A stretch of DNA of 63,465 nt, the filler included, from Tricharina praecox (taxonomy: Eukaryota): assembly GCF_024521635.1 (NCBI RefSeq). It is 6 parts of 6 records of this genome, joined end to end, with 100 filler letters (N's around TTAATTAATTAA, not from the genome) between each part and the next. Parts side by side here need not be neighbours in the genome. Positions count along the whole stretch, not along the records: positions 1 to 15,950 come from NW_026250483.1; 5 more parts are not named here. The stretch is one strand, 5' to 3'. The notes under the pieces are model-generated. The model had not been told where the DNA came from and searched no databases. It worked only from the letters and a program-made list of their open reading frames with translations. Below are positions 1 to 10,799 of this stretch, piece by piece. Position numbers and translations under genes: made by a program. The first letter of the stretch is position 1. The number at the start of each line of letters is the position of its first letter.

Positions 1-1265
1 AACTCGAGCGTAGCAAACCCTTTATGCTTCCTTCTTTCCGTCCTCCCCCCAGACGGAACCTCCACCACCGACCCGGTCTCGCCATTGCTCCCCGGATTTC
101 GCCAGAGATACCCGAGAAACACTCTTATCCCCGGCAAAACCCTCAGCGACGGTAGAGACCCTGCCATCAGCCCAAACCCGAATTCGAGGTTCATCCAGAT
201 CGCGCAGTAGACGAGCGAGTGCGTGAAGTCAACCTCGTCGATAGTGTAAGTCAGCGTTCCGAAGCGGACGATAGAAGCGGCGCACGCAAAGCCGCCTAGT
301 AGCAATCGGGGGTGTCAGTCGGCAGCTCTAGAGCTATGAGGACTCAGGATGGGGTAGGTAAGTACCGAGCGCGAACAGTCCCACCAGCGGTATGCGCTCG
401 CGTAGTGGCAGTCTCAACCTCCACAGCGGGCGGATCGGCAGCAGCAGAATTATGACGTCGGTCACGAACATTATCACTCCCTGAGAGAGGAGCACCCCAA
501 ACAGGACGTCTCTGCTCCAGCACTTCGCGCCCTCCTGGGCCGTATCCCAAAACGCGCGCACGGGCTGACAGTAGAATATCACCGGGATCTCGGAGATGAC
601 GGCGAACAGCGCGAGGAATACCATCAGTCCCTTGCACGTCAGCTGGATATACGTGTCGGGGAAAGTGCGCATCAGGAATATGAGCAAGCTGGTCTTGATC
701 GAGAGCGCAATATAGAGATAGGAGGAGAATCCTGCGTAGTGGATCTGCTACCACGGGGCATGTCAGCACAGTGGCGTGAAGATATACTTATCGAGACGCG
801 AGAGGACGAGGGTGACTTTAAGGATCGTAGTAAGGTTCTCGGCGGGAACGTTCCAAAGGTGTTCGCCGCCGCCGTAAAAGGTGATGCTTATGGTGAGAGT
901 GGCGAAGCCACAGGTCAGAATCTACAGAGCGAGAGTCAGCGCTGAGGACTTTAGTACGTGATGCCGGTGTCGGGAATATTTGCCATTGCAACCATCACCA
1001 TCACGTCGTCAAGACCGAATTTATTCACCACGAAATGGCGTACGAACAGCTGTAACGCGGTCGTCAGGCAGTCAATACGATAAACTGACGGCGCCCTTCC
1101 CCCCACTCCCGACCTGCTGGATCGTACCCTCGCTGAACAGACCACCACGGTCATCGATGTCACTACCGCCACCACCACACGCGCTTCAGTCACAATGTCA
1201 TCCTGCGGCAGCTGAGGCTCCTGCTCTGCTTGGCGAATCCGAATGTTGTGTTGGGGTAGAAACAT
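1..1265 (-). CDS. Pth11-like (fungal rhodopsin-domain) integral membrane protein/GPCR, about 5 exons, 3' end runs off the window
   Basis: ATG at 1265. Hand-spliced translation gives family motifs RLFVRHFVVNKFGLDD, YGGGEHLWNV, IKTSLLIFLMRTF, FYCQPVRAFWD, TDVIILLLPIRPLWRLRLP and LGGFACAASIVRF...WMNLEFGFGLMAGSLPSLR. Introns have CTGAC branch points and YAG acceptors; the intron 3 donor is uncertain. Confidence 0.88.
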
Positions 1266-2426
1266 CGCAGTCGTGACGGTGAACTGGAGGCCGGAGTGCA
1301 AGTATTCCCATTCGCACAGACGAGAGCAACGCCTGTGGGCTGGCAAAGCGATGTTCGCCCGCCTTAATACTCACCTCGCTTGGGCCAGCTGACAACAGCC
1401 GTGTCGTTTATGCCGGCCTAACGACTCGAGGTCCGGGGATAATGCGGGGGCTGGTGTTCTTCGGGAGCGAGCCTTCTAGTGTGCGACGTGCAGGAGTATG
1501 GGCAGCGGGTTTGTCATGGTTGCCGAGTGATCAAGGTCGAAACGGGGTACTGGGTTGATCTGCGGCGGTCGGTGCACAGTCGATTCCTGACGCGCCCAGC
1601 GAGCGGATCACAACCGTGCGCTAGAGCAGTGATGCATGCGATCGTCTCCTGGGGCTGCCCCGTGCGGCTGCCCCGTGCGGCCATCGTATCTACTTATAAT
1701 CCGCGAATGATATGTATCCGCGCCGTTGGGGGCCAATGCATACGGTATGTTTGTTGGGCACCAGCTCCCAACGGAGCCTAATACCGAGATATGCAAGCTA
1801 CGGTCCTACGGGGTCATCCCGAGCCTTCCCCACAAATATCCGCTCCCGAATCCCACCAACTACGATCAACGCATTACATCTAATATCGGTAGACGCTAGA
1901 GGTACACTACATTGACACCGCCAAAGAAGCTACTCTAACCCCACCGATCAAATCATCCGACGCAGCGGCACCACCGGACACAACTGTATTCCGCTGCTAG
2001 TCACCGGCTCAGCAGGTATCCGAGCCCTAATATGGAGGACAGTCGCGAAGTGGGGTGACCGTATCCACGGGGTGGGAGCGGGTGATGTAAGTTCGTAGTA
2101 GCTTTCGCCGATCAGCGATCATATCATGGTTGTGCACCAAAGCGTCTCCTACAACGTCTCCTACAAGGCCAGTAGCCTTTGCTACCTTGCCGGGAGCCCT
2201 GCTTACAGCTCCCTTTAGCATACATAGTACGCGGCGAGATATACCTAAATCTGGCGGGCCTAACACCTTCCTCTACTAGCACCCGTTGAACGTAGCGAAA
2301 TAGCGTGGGCAGTAGTAAGAAGTAAACCTTCCCGTAGACATGTTGCTACTTCTCCGTACTGGAGGATATGCACGAAATCCAGGCTGTCATAACTACCCGC
2401 TGCCCAGTTGTTCGTGGGCGGCGCTT

Positions 2427-3175
2427 CACACGTCATCACTGGATGAACGAGTGACATCACATGCCTCAACAGCAGCGACAAGCCTCAATAACGACTCAAC
2501 GGCGATTCAGGTCACCTTCGGGGTGAATAGTGGCGGTCGATGTGCGTGGGGTAGATGCTTCGCTTTCTATTCTACACGCGCGTTATCAAAAAACAAACAG
2601 GTATGCTCCACTTTGTATGGATCGAATTCATCCTACCGCCGCGACTCCCGCGTAATGAGAAACCGAAAGATAAATGTGCTTCTAATATATATCGGAGTAG
2701 TATTATCAACGTCATCTTTTGTGATCGTCTTCCTCTGTATAGTACAATCTGTGAGCCCATCGACCTCGTGCTGTGCCTTCCGGTGAACACCGCTCCTCCC
2801 CTTAGGTAGGTACGGTAAGCCATCCGTTTCGGTGCGCGTGTCGACCGAATCCCTTCGATGAGTTGAAGTCTCCGGTTCATAATCACACAGAAAAAGCAAA
2901 GGGCTCGGTGGTTGTAAGCCTGGAGATGGGGGGAGCAGTAGCCGGCCGGCGGCAGGCGAATGTCGGATGGCTGGGAGATACACTGGATACATGCATTCAG
3001 TCGGTATTAATCGTTACTAAAAACAGTTGCGAGTCCGAGCTGTTGCTGCTAGCACATACTAGGGGTCCTCATATGGATCGGATATTCTGCCCCGCAGAAT
3101 TGGGTCGGGACGGCACACGTCATCACTCCACACGAGTGACATCACATGTCCCGAGATCTCTCAACGGCGATTCAG
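2427..3175. repeat. Degenerate direct repeat pair (2427-2510 and 3114-3175)
   Basis: Three identical blocks in the same order in both copies: CACACGTCATCACT, ACGAGTGACATCACATG, TCAACGGCGATTCAG. The spacers differ. Confidence 0.8.
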
Positions 3176-3931
3176 AGATCGACTCCCAATCCGGTGCGTA
3201 CACTACAGTATCATAGAAAGCGAGAGAGTCTTTCATATCCAGTCCAGAAGGGCTCCGATGCCCATATAGTGCTTCGGCCCGCCCCGTGCATTCTCCGGTT
3301 AGACAGTACTACGATTCGCCGCGTACATTCTCCGGTCATCCAAGAGCTGATAGTAACTGTGTGTGGCGGCACCTACTCTCTGCATATGTTTGGCGGTTTA
3401 CCGGGCATGGAAACGCAATGTTACGGCCTCTAGAGTCTAGAGTGACTTGGTGCAGCACTGTGAGGCTCGCGAGAAGAAATGTGGTTGCTGTAAGGTTTAG
3501 CGTGATCCCGATGGCAGGTTAATTCATTAACCAAGGCGCAAACATGATGATTTTCTCGTTGGCTTACGTACTAAACCAGGGCGGATCGAACGAGTCAAGA
3601 CAGAGGCCGCAGCTATCCGCGGGAGGTAGGCCACCATGCTCGCTTCACCTGTTCTTTTCACCTATCTCCTCCTCGCCTCTCCTCTCGCTGCTCACGGTAT
3701 TGTTTTTGTACCGAATTCATTGCCTTCTTTTAACTGCCTCATTATTCAACATCACCTTGGAAAACATATGACCGTTCATCACCGTACTTATCTATACACT
3801 CCACGCGAAGCACTGCCTAGGTACGCGGGGCATTCGATAACCTCAACTTTTCAGGAATCAACTTGACAGTACGTACCAACGAGTCAGAACCGATGTGCTC
3901 ACAGCCCTCAACATTACCACTCCGAATCGCG

Positions 3932-4914
3932 CTAGCGGTGCGCTCTCTTCGACCTACGCATCGGACCTGCCGTTTCCTCGCAATCGTCCTCCTTCTCATC
4001 ACCCGTCGACTGCTCAGTGGCAGCACGCTTGTTCCCTGCCGCTGGAGGTGGTCTAAGCCTTTCGCCTTCAGAGAGCCTTGAAGGAGTGGATTCCTTCGAC
4101 CCCTTGGAATAGAACGCCTGGACGAGAGCCTTCCGCGCCGAGGACTGCGGGGCCGGATGTGCGTCGGAATTAGACGCAGTAGCGCCACGTTGACGGCTCA
4201 AGATACGACGCTCGATGACTACGAGCAGCGGGCTTGGAGTTCTCCGCCGATCTGCGGTAGGAGCAGGAGTGGGGTTAAGCTGCGAGGCCTGCGGTCGTAG
4301 TTCGGGATCCGCCGTATGACCTTGAGTCATTACATTCTTGCCCCGGTGCCGAGCGGAGCCCCGTACCGCAATCGACCGGCGTGGCTTTCCACTCGCAGGT
4401 GTGTCTTGCTGTTTGCAACTCTGTGCAGCGTGAGGTGGCGAAGCTAGTGATGTCGAAGGCTGCGAACTTGGCGGAGAACTCGGCTCTTGCTCGCGCACCG
4501 GGGTAGCTAGCTTTGGCACCGGTTCCGGCGAGGGAGGTGGCTTCACTGGCTTATGTGGCTTCTGCCGGCGCTCCTGCTTTTGGTTCTGTTGGGTGGCGGT
4601 GAAGCCGAACGTACTTCTCGGCGGTGGCGGCGGCAGCGGCGGCGGCAGCGTATACTCCTCTTCCTCTTCCGCATCAAGACGTCCCGCATCAGGCCATCCA
4701 GCTCTCGGGCGCTCATGGCGGTGGGCAAGTCTTTCTGGTAGAGTGTATCGCGGCGCAGGCGGTCGGGCTCTCGGGTTGTAGCGGTGGGCAAGTCTTGCTG
4801 GTAAAGGATATTGCGGCGGCGGCGGCGCAGACCCCTCCCCCGTATTAGGCCGTCCAGCTCTTTGGAGATCGTAGCGGGCGGAAAGTCTTGCTGGTACACG
4901 CTGTTGCGGCGGAG

Positions 4915-4946
<32 letters not shown>

Positions 4947-5118
4947 GAGCTCACTATGCACCCGTTCAGCGACGGTTACGCCCACATAAGCAGCAAACAA
5001 ACACACCGGTTCCAAAATGCGAGAATGAACCTCCCAGTGCGTGCCTTCTGGGCGGCACGATGTGCGCGTCCCAGAATCCGAGCGGCGGAGAAGATGGTGG
5101 GGATGGGGTTCTGGCCAT
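3932..5118 (-). CDS. Hypothetical Pro/Arg-rich disordered protein (~377 aa) with internal repeats, 2 exons
   Basis: Exon 1 5118-5007 (MARTPSPP...SHFGT); 53-nt intron 5006-4954 (GTGTGT...GCTGAAC...CATAG) joins in phase to the 340-aa ORF 3932..4954. Three copies of a P-x-RL-x-x-R[YH] motif; basic C-terminus RRSKRAHR. Confidence 0.65.
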
Positions 5119-6052
5119 GTGGGGGGTGGGTGTGTGGAGTTGGGAGAGGTGAGGTCGATCGCCGGAGGTGAAGTGGGCGTCAGCGCGGCTCGAGTCGTCA
5201 AACGTTCAGTGAATCGCTTTGGGTAGGGCTTGTTCCCCGATTCCGCCGAGTGATACTGGATAAGGCGGGCGGCCACCATTACTAAGCCGAAGTAAGCGGG
5301 CGGACGCGAAAGCGAGTGGGAAGGGTTTCGTATACTTGAGGAAGTAGTGGTTTCATTCCTATCATTCAGGTCACCACTAGTATCAAGCAGACAGTCAAAC
5401 GTGACGTTTATAAATGTATCTATTCCGCTCTTCATATCCAGACGTTAATAGAGTGACGCCCAGAGGTAAAGTAACATATCACTCGACTTTTACGTCACGT
5501 GGTTGGATACTCTCCTCCCACTCTGGACCCAAGACTGACAAGGCGCAAATAGAATACACAGCTAAAATAAATGAGCGTTCTTACCCACACGATTAGAAGG
5601 TGTGAAATACTTTCCTTTGTGCGCCGATCGACACACCGCACGGTGGGCTCAACCCAGCGACTGCGGCTGAACAGTGCACTGTTGCGCAGCTGTATGGCAT
5701 GCTTACTCTCGAGTGTATAGTGGAGACCGCACCGCCACCGTGGTCAACATCGCGATAAGTAGCATTGTGGTTGACGGACGAAAAATAAAGAAAATGAATT
5801 CGATTCCTGACCCAGTAGGTAGTAGGTACGCCAACCGTCAACTGCATTGCTGGTTGTGGATTCACTTCGGGGTCTGGGAGTTTGGGATTTCAACATTTGC
5901 ACGGGAGTGGCGGTTGTTGTGAGGTGTGCGGGATGGTGGTGATCACGTGCTCAACTTTTAGTTGCGTCCTGTGGCTGCCGTGACGAGGAGTCTCTTCGCT
6001 CTCGCCAATCCGTAATTCTGCGGACATCTTTCTTGGTGCGCCACAAGCAGGT

Positions 6053-6140
6053 CAGCCACAGTAGCCACATGAGCAAAATGAGCCACATGAGCAAAATGAG
6101 CCACATGAGCCACAGCAGCCACAGCAGCCACAGCAGCCAC
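6053..6140. repeat. 9-bp-unit minisatellite (AGCCACAGC / AGCCACATG / AGCAAAATG)
   Basis: Tandem 9-mers read directly from the sequence; they explain the repetitive minus-strand ORFs 5951..6184 and 5958..6152. Confidence 0.85.
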
Positions 6141-6632
6141 ACGCTGGACCAATCATCCGGATTGACAACAAACCTGTCGGCCACTCCAATTTCTTACTTA
6201 CCTTGACGGTATTCGATATTTATATCCCGTTGTCGTAGTGAGAGCGGGTCTTTGTTGAGTTTTGTAGTTGGCTTTAGATTTGGGTGTGGTTTTGTGGCTG
6301 GTGACTTCGGTACAATTAGCGGATTCCACAGAACACTCCATGCTGCGTCACGAAGGTGAAGAAATCATCATGCAGGCTGGTCTTCAGGGATCTTCGGATG
6401 GTGCCGTATCCGATACGAAGGACACTAGTTAAAGGGGAGGGCGTCGCGCGCTGAGTATTCGTGTTCGTACGCGTAGATACATCTGTCACTCCACATTCAA
6501 TCCACCTCAGCTCCCCCGGAAATAATATCGGTATCCTCTCGCGAATCACCATCTCCTCCCGTCTTTTTTCTTGACTTTTGCGACAAGAGAAGCAACGAAT
6601 ACGCCGGTGTGTGTGTACGACGAAGAACGAAA

Positions 6633-8286
6633 ATGGCCCCCCGGAGATCCCACAAGAAGTCGCGCACTGGCTGTCAGAGGTGCAAGAGGCGCAGGATAAA
6701 GGTATGCACTTACTATTGATACCCTCCTGGCGTGGCGCGAACGCGAAACAAAATGGGTGCTGAAATATACCATCGGTTACCTTGCTGACCTCCATTCTCC
6801 CAAGTGCGACGAGACCCATCCTTCCTGCGGTAACTGCGTCAAACATGCGATCGCCTGCGACTTCTCGCTGTCGACCGAACAGCTACGCGCCGTCTCCCAG
6901 GAGCTGCATTCGCCATCGCAGGTTGCTACCACCGGACAAGTGATTCCGTCGTCATCGGCCCCTTCGCCGGCGACACCATTGCCACCGCCAGTACCGACTG
7001 TGCCTCAGTCGTCGGCGAGCCTGCCGACGACGCTGGCCCCGATCGTTTCCGCGAACCTACCTCCACCGACTGCACCATCGCCGGGAGTGCACGATCCCGG
7101 CCATATCCCGACCGAAGCATTACGAACACACTCACTGTCAACCACCACTCCCTCCACCATCGGACCCAGTAGCAGTATCGGAATCGGGAGTACGCACGAT
7201 ATCACCAGTAAAGCGCCTGCCGATCACGCACTACCACCATCTCCATCTCCCTCGCCACGGCCTTTTTCGCCGTCCTTGAACCAAGTCGTGCTGTCTTCCT
7301 TCAACCCAGGAATCCCGCTTGAGCACCAGCCCAACCTCAACGTCCTCGACCTCTCGCTGATGCACCACTGGTCGATCGCGACGTGGAGCACTGTCAGCAA
7401 CCGCGACGACGTGCAGCAACTCTGGCGCCTCAACATCCCAACGCTCGCAACGCAGCACGCATTCCTGATGCACGCAGTCCTCGCGGTATCGGCGATGCAC
7501 CTGCACTCGACCACCACCTGCGCCTCCGCGCGCAACCGCTACCTCACAGCCGCCTCACAGCACCACGAGCGCGCGGTCCGCGGGATCGCACCATGTCTCG
7601 CACACATCTCGCGCGACAACTGCGACGCCGTCGTCGCGACCTCGGGCCTCGTCGCGATCTACTCCTTCCTCACCTCGCGGATCGCCGAGATCGGCCCGGC
7701 CGACGCCGCCGCAAACACCCTGACCCCCATCGGCTGGGTCCCGCTGCTGCGCGGCGTGCACAGCATTCTTGAGCAGGCGCAGTCGTGGGTTCATCACGGC
7801 CCGCTCTCGCCGCTCCTCGCGCATCCCGGGCACGCGCTCACCCCCGATAAGCTTGACGCCGAGACTGAGCGCTCGCTGCAGAGTCTCTACCGGCTGTGCA
7901 CGGACCTGTCCCTCCCCGGCGCGGACGAGCTCGCCGCCACCGACGTCTCCACCGCGTACTTCTCCGCCATCGCGGAGCTGCGCAAGTCCTTCGCCACGAT
8001 CAGCAAGTGGGACTCGATCGTCAGCGCGATATTTAGGTGGCCGATCGCGGCGACGGATCGGTTCGTTCAGCTGCTGCTCGAGCGCCGTCCTCGCGCCCTC
8101 GTCATCTTTGTGCATTACTGCGTGCTGTTTACGCTGGTCGAGGGGTTCTGGTGGGCTACTGGAAGTGCACGGTTTGAGCTCGAGAGGTGCGAGGCGATAT
8201 TGGGGCTGGAGTGGCGGCATTGGATTGATTGGCCAAGGAAACAGATCATGGAGGGGAGGGGCGGCTTTACGGAGGTTGGGTCGTAG
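6633..8286 (+). CDS. Zn2Cys6 transcription factor, Upc2/Ecm22-like (sterol uptake control family), ~516 aa, 2 exons
   Basis: Exon 1 6633-6701 MAPRRSHKKSRTGCQRCKRRRIK; intron 6702-6804 (GTATGC...GCTGAC...AAG); exon 2 starts CDETHPSCGNCVKHAIACDF, completing the six-Cys cluster. C-terminal DLSLMHHW, FLMHAVLAVSAMHL, WVPLLRGV and W-x-x-W-I-x-WP motifs fit Upc2-like factors. Confidence 0.92.
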
Positions 8287-10090
8287 GGGTGCGGGTGTGC
8301 GCTGCTCGGTAGTGTGTTCTGTGCTCCGAGGGTGGAGGGTATGCGATCCGGTGACGTCACGTGACTGCCCTACCAGTACACCCTCCGCGTGCGCTTTGAT
8401 TAGAGGCCGTGATGAACCCGGAGAGACCCGTTGGACTGAATACATAGCTCGAGCCGGCAACAGGAGCTTTGACAGACGCGATCGTGTATCCGTAGTGGAG
8501 GCAGCAATATAGTCCATAGACTTCACATTTTTCCATTTGCCGTCTCACCTCATCTGACACGCTATAGCGTAGGTGCGTAGTCTGGGAAACATAAGTTTTG
8601 TTATTCATCCCACCAAATCTGCGTACCGATGCTGTATCCGAGAGATATCGTATGGTCGACCCGACACAGCCGGAGTTCTCGCCGGAAACCATAGTTGATC
8701 ACAGCCTGGTTCTACGGGTGGTAGGGACCAACTGCATGAAGAGAGGCCACTGCCCCAACGAACGAAAAATGAAGAAGGAAGAGCCGCTCCCGGGTCCTGA
8801 CGCTCGGATGGATGACTGACTCGTTCCCTCGGTGCAGTCTCGTTGGATACATTCCTTCGCCGCGTTTCCTATGTGGAAGATGGTCTAGTTACGCATATCT
8901 GGGTGACCGGGACGTTTTCGAGTTCTTGCACAATTCTGAGCCTTATATGGAGAGCATTACATTGGAAAATAGAACCTCCGTCCATGCACGCTCAATCTTT
9001 AGATCTGGACTCGTGACTCCCCCCCACGCCAGACTTCTTGACGTTATGGAAAATGCTACGGGCAAGTGTCTGAGTAGCACATCTGTCCGCCGCTGTGACA
9101 GATATGAATCATGTGATACTTACGGTAAGAAGCGATTAGATAAGATCAGGTTGAATGGATAAGATGAGATCAAATGCACTAAGATGAAGCGTAATAAGAT
9201 AAGATTGACGAAGGTGAGATTTCGAAAAGGATAGCCGGATTGGATTAGATTATTCCAGGTGCAGTAATGCCGCCATGAGATTGCGCTCTGAGCCGTCGAT
9301 AGTAGAGTAGAACCTCAACCTTTCCATCCTCCTCATCATTCTTGCGTGTCGTTCACTGGCGTACATTCACTTCGCCCCACTTCTCACGATTACGATTACC
9401 GTGTACATCACGGTGCAATACATTAATACCCTCTTACAGTTAGTAACTACTGAGAAGTAAGGGGACGCGGAGGTAAGAAAGAGACCCTATTGAGACCTTG
9501 TATTTGGCCGGAGAGACCCTGCTGGAACCTTGTGTTCGCAGGAGAGACCGGCGGGAATCTGGAAGGGACCTGTGTGTCATGGGAATGTGATCCGGATTAG
9601 ACGTGATGCGGTCGGTAAACGTTGAACTGTTCGTCCTGTTCGTCTTGCATTCTTCTTCTTCTCCTGATCTCATCGTCCTAGACCTCACATCCCAATTCAT
9701 CACGTTTTTGGATCTCTCAATCCTTCGGTAGTAACGAACCTGGAGCCGATTCTCCACGGACCACAAGCAAAATTTCACGCACGTAGGTACATAGATGCAG
9801 CGGCTGAAGTGAGACATTCAGGAGCCAATCGACGTTTTCGAAGCAGAGTTCATCACAGCCGCCATACGTGCGCTCATGGCTCCTATGTATGTAGCGTGGA
9901 TCTACGTGCCAACGCAACCAGCCGAATGAGCCGCAAAAACGTGCGCAGGAATACCGACCCCGCATTTCGACTCCTCACTTGACTGCGTATCCGCACCGAG
10001 ACAGTCTCCCGAGCCATCCACGTGAACCGCGTTTCAATATCTCAGTTTTACCAGCGCAACCGAATACCATACCTTCTGGATCATTTCTAT

Positions 10091-10765
10091 ATGATGCCTA
10101 ACGCGAAGCTTAGGAAACGAGATCGATTCCGTGCTTTTTTGCGACCAAAATCATCCAAGGAGAAGGAGGCAGACTCACATACCCCGGCTACCAGTGCGTC
10201 CGTGACGGACGCGTCGGGGGCGAATTTGCTCTTGGCCTCCGTCGTCGGGGTGAACGAAACACCCACATCACCATCGACCAGAGCACCATTGACGCAAAAG
10301 TTCACGCCATCAACGGAGTCATCGGCAGCAGGAAACAGACCTAGGGGCACTTTCCGGGACCTTGCCACCGGATCGGACTCTGCACGGCGACCGGTACAGC
10401 TCACGGCAACGGTGACGCCGAAGCAACCAAATGAGCCGGGGGACCCAGATACGCCGAAGCACGCAAATAAGCCGGGGCACGCAGAGATGCGAAACGAAGG
10501 GGAACCTAGTTACCCACAACCAAAGTATCCATCGAACACGAATCCAAACACGCAAGCACAAGTCTTCCAGGGCCGCCAGACGAACATGTTAGGTATCGGA
10601 AACTCGGACACCCAGCGGATCTACCAGGACTCCAACCACTTCGAGTTCGTGGGTGGAGAGTTCCATGGCGGCCAGACCCTTGTTTTTAGCGAGTACGTTT
10701 CACTGCAACCTGCCCGTAATGATCGCTTTAATATCCGCGAGGTCAGCACTGTGAAGATGGATTAG
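10091..10765 (+). CDS. Hypothetical mostly disordered protein with a C-terminal Q/N/G/F/H-rich amyloid-like motif
   Basis: ORF 10022..10765, first ATG 10091. Basic N-terminus RKRDRFRAFL, S/T/P-rich middle, ending QVFQGRQTNMLGIGNSDTQRIYQDSNHFEFVGGEFHGGQTLVF. Possible donor GTACGT at 10693. Confidence 0.55.
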   Translation: MMPNAKLRKRDRFRAFLRPKSSKEKEADSHTPATSASVTDASGANLLLASVVGVNETPTSPSTRAPLTQKFTPSTESSAAGNRPRGTFRDLATGSDSARRPVQLTATVTPKQPNEPGDPDTPKHANKPGHAEMRNEGEPSYPQPKYPSNTNPNTQAQVFQGRQTNMLGIGNSDTQRIYQDSNHFEFVGGEFHGGQTLVFSEYVSLQPARNDRFNIREVSTVKMD

Positions 10766-10799
10766 ATTCCGAAGGCGAGCGAAGATATGGGCCCCAACA

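Noticed and set aside
5951..6184. Trp/Leu-rich 'membrane peptide' ORF (WLLWLLWLM...)
   Set aside because: By-product of translating a 9-bp minisatellite; no ATG start or other gene signals.
7555..8526. 323-aa minus-strand ORF and 247-aa alternative-frame ORF
   Set aside because: Shadows of the GC-rich Zn2Cys6 coding sequence.
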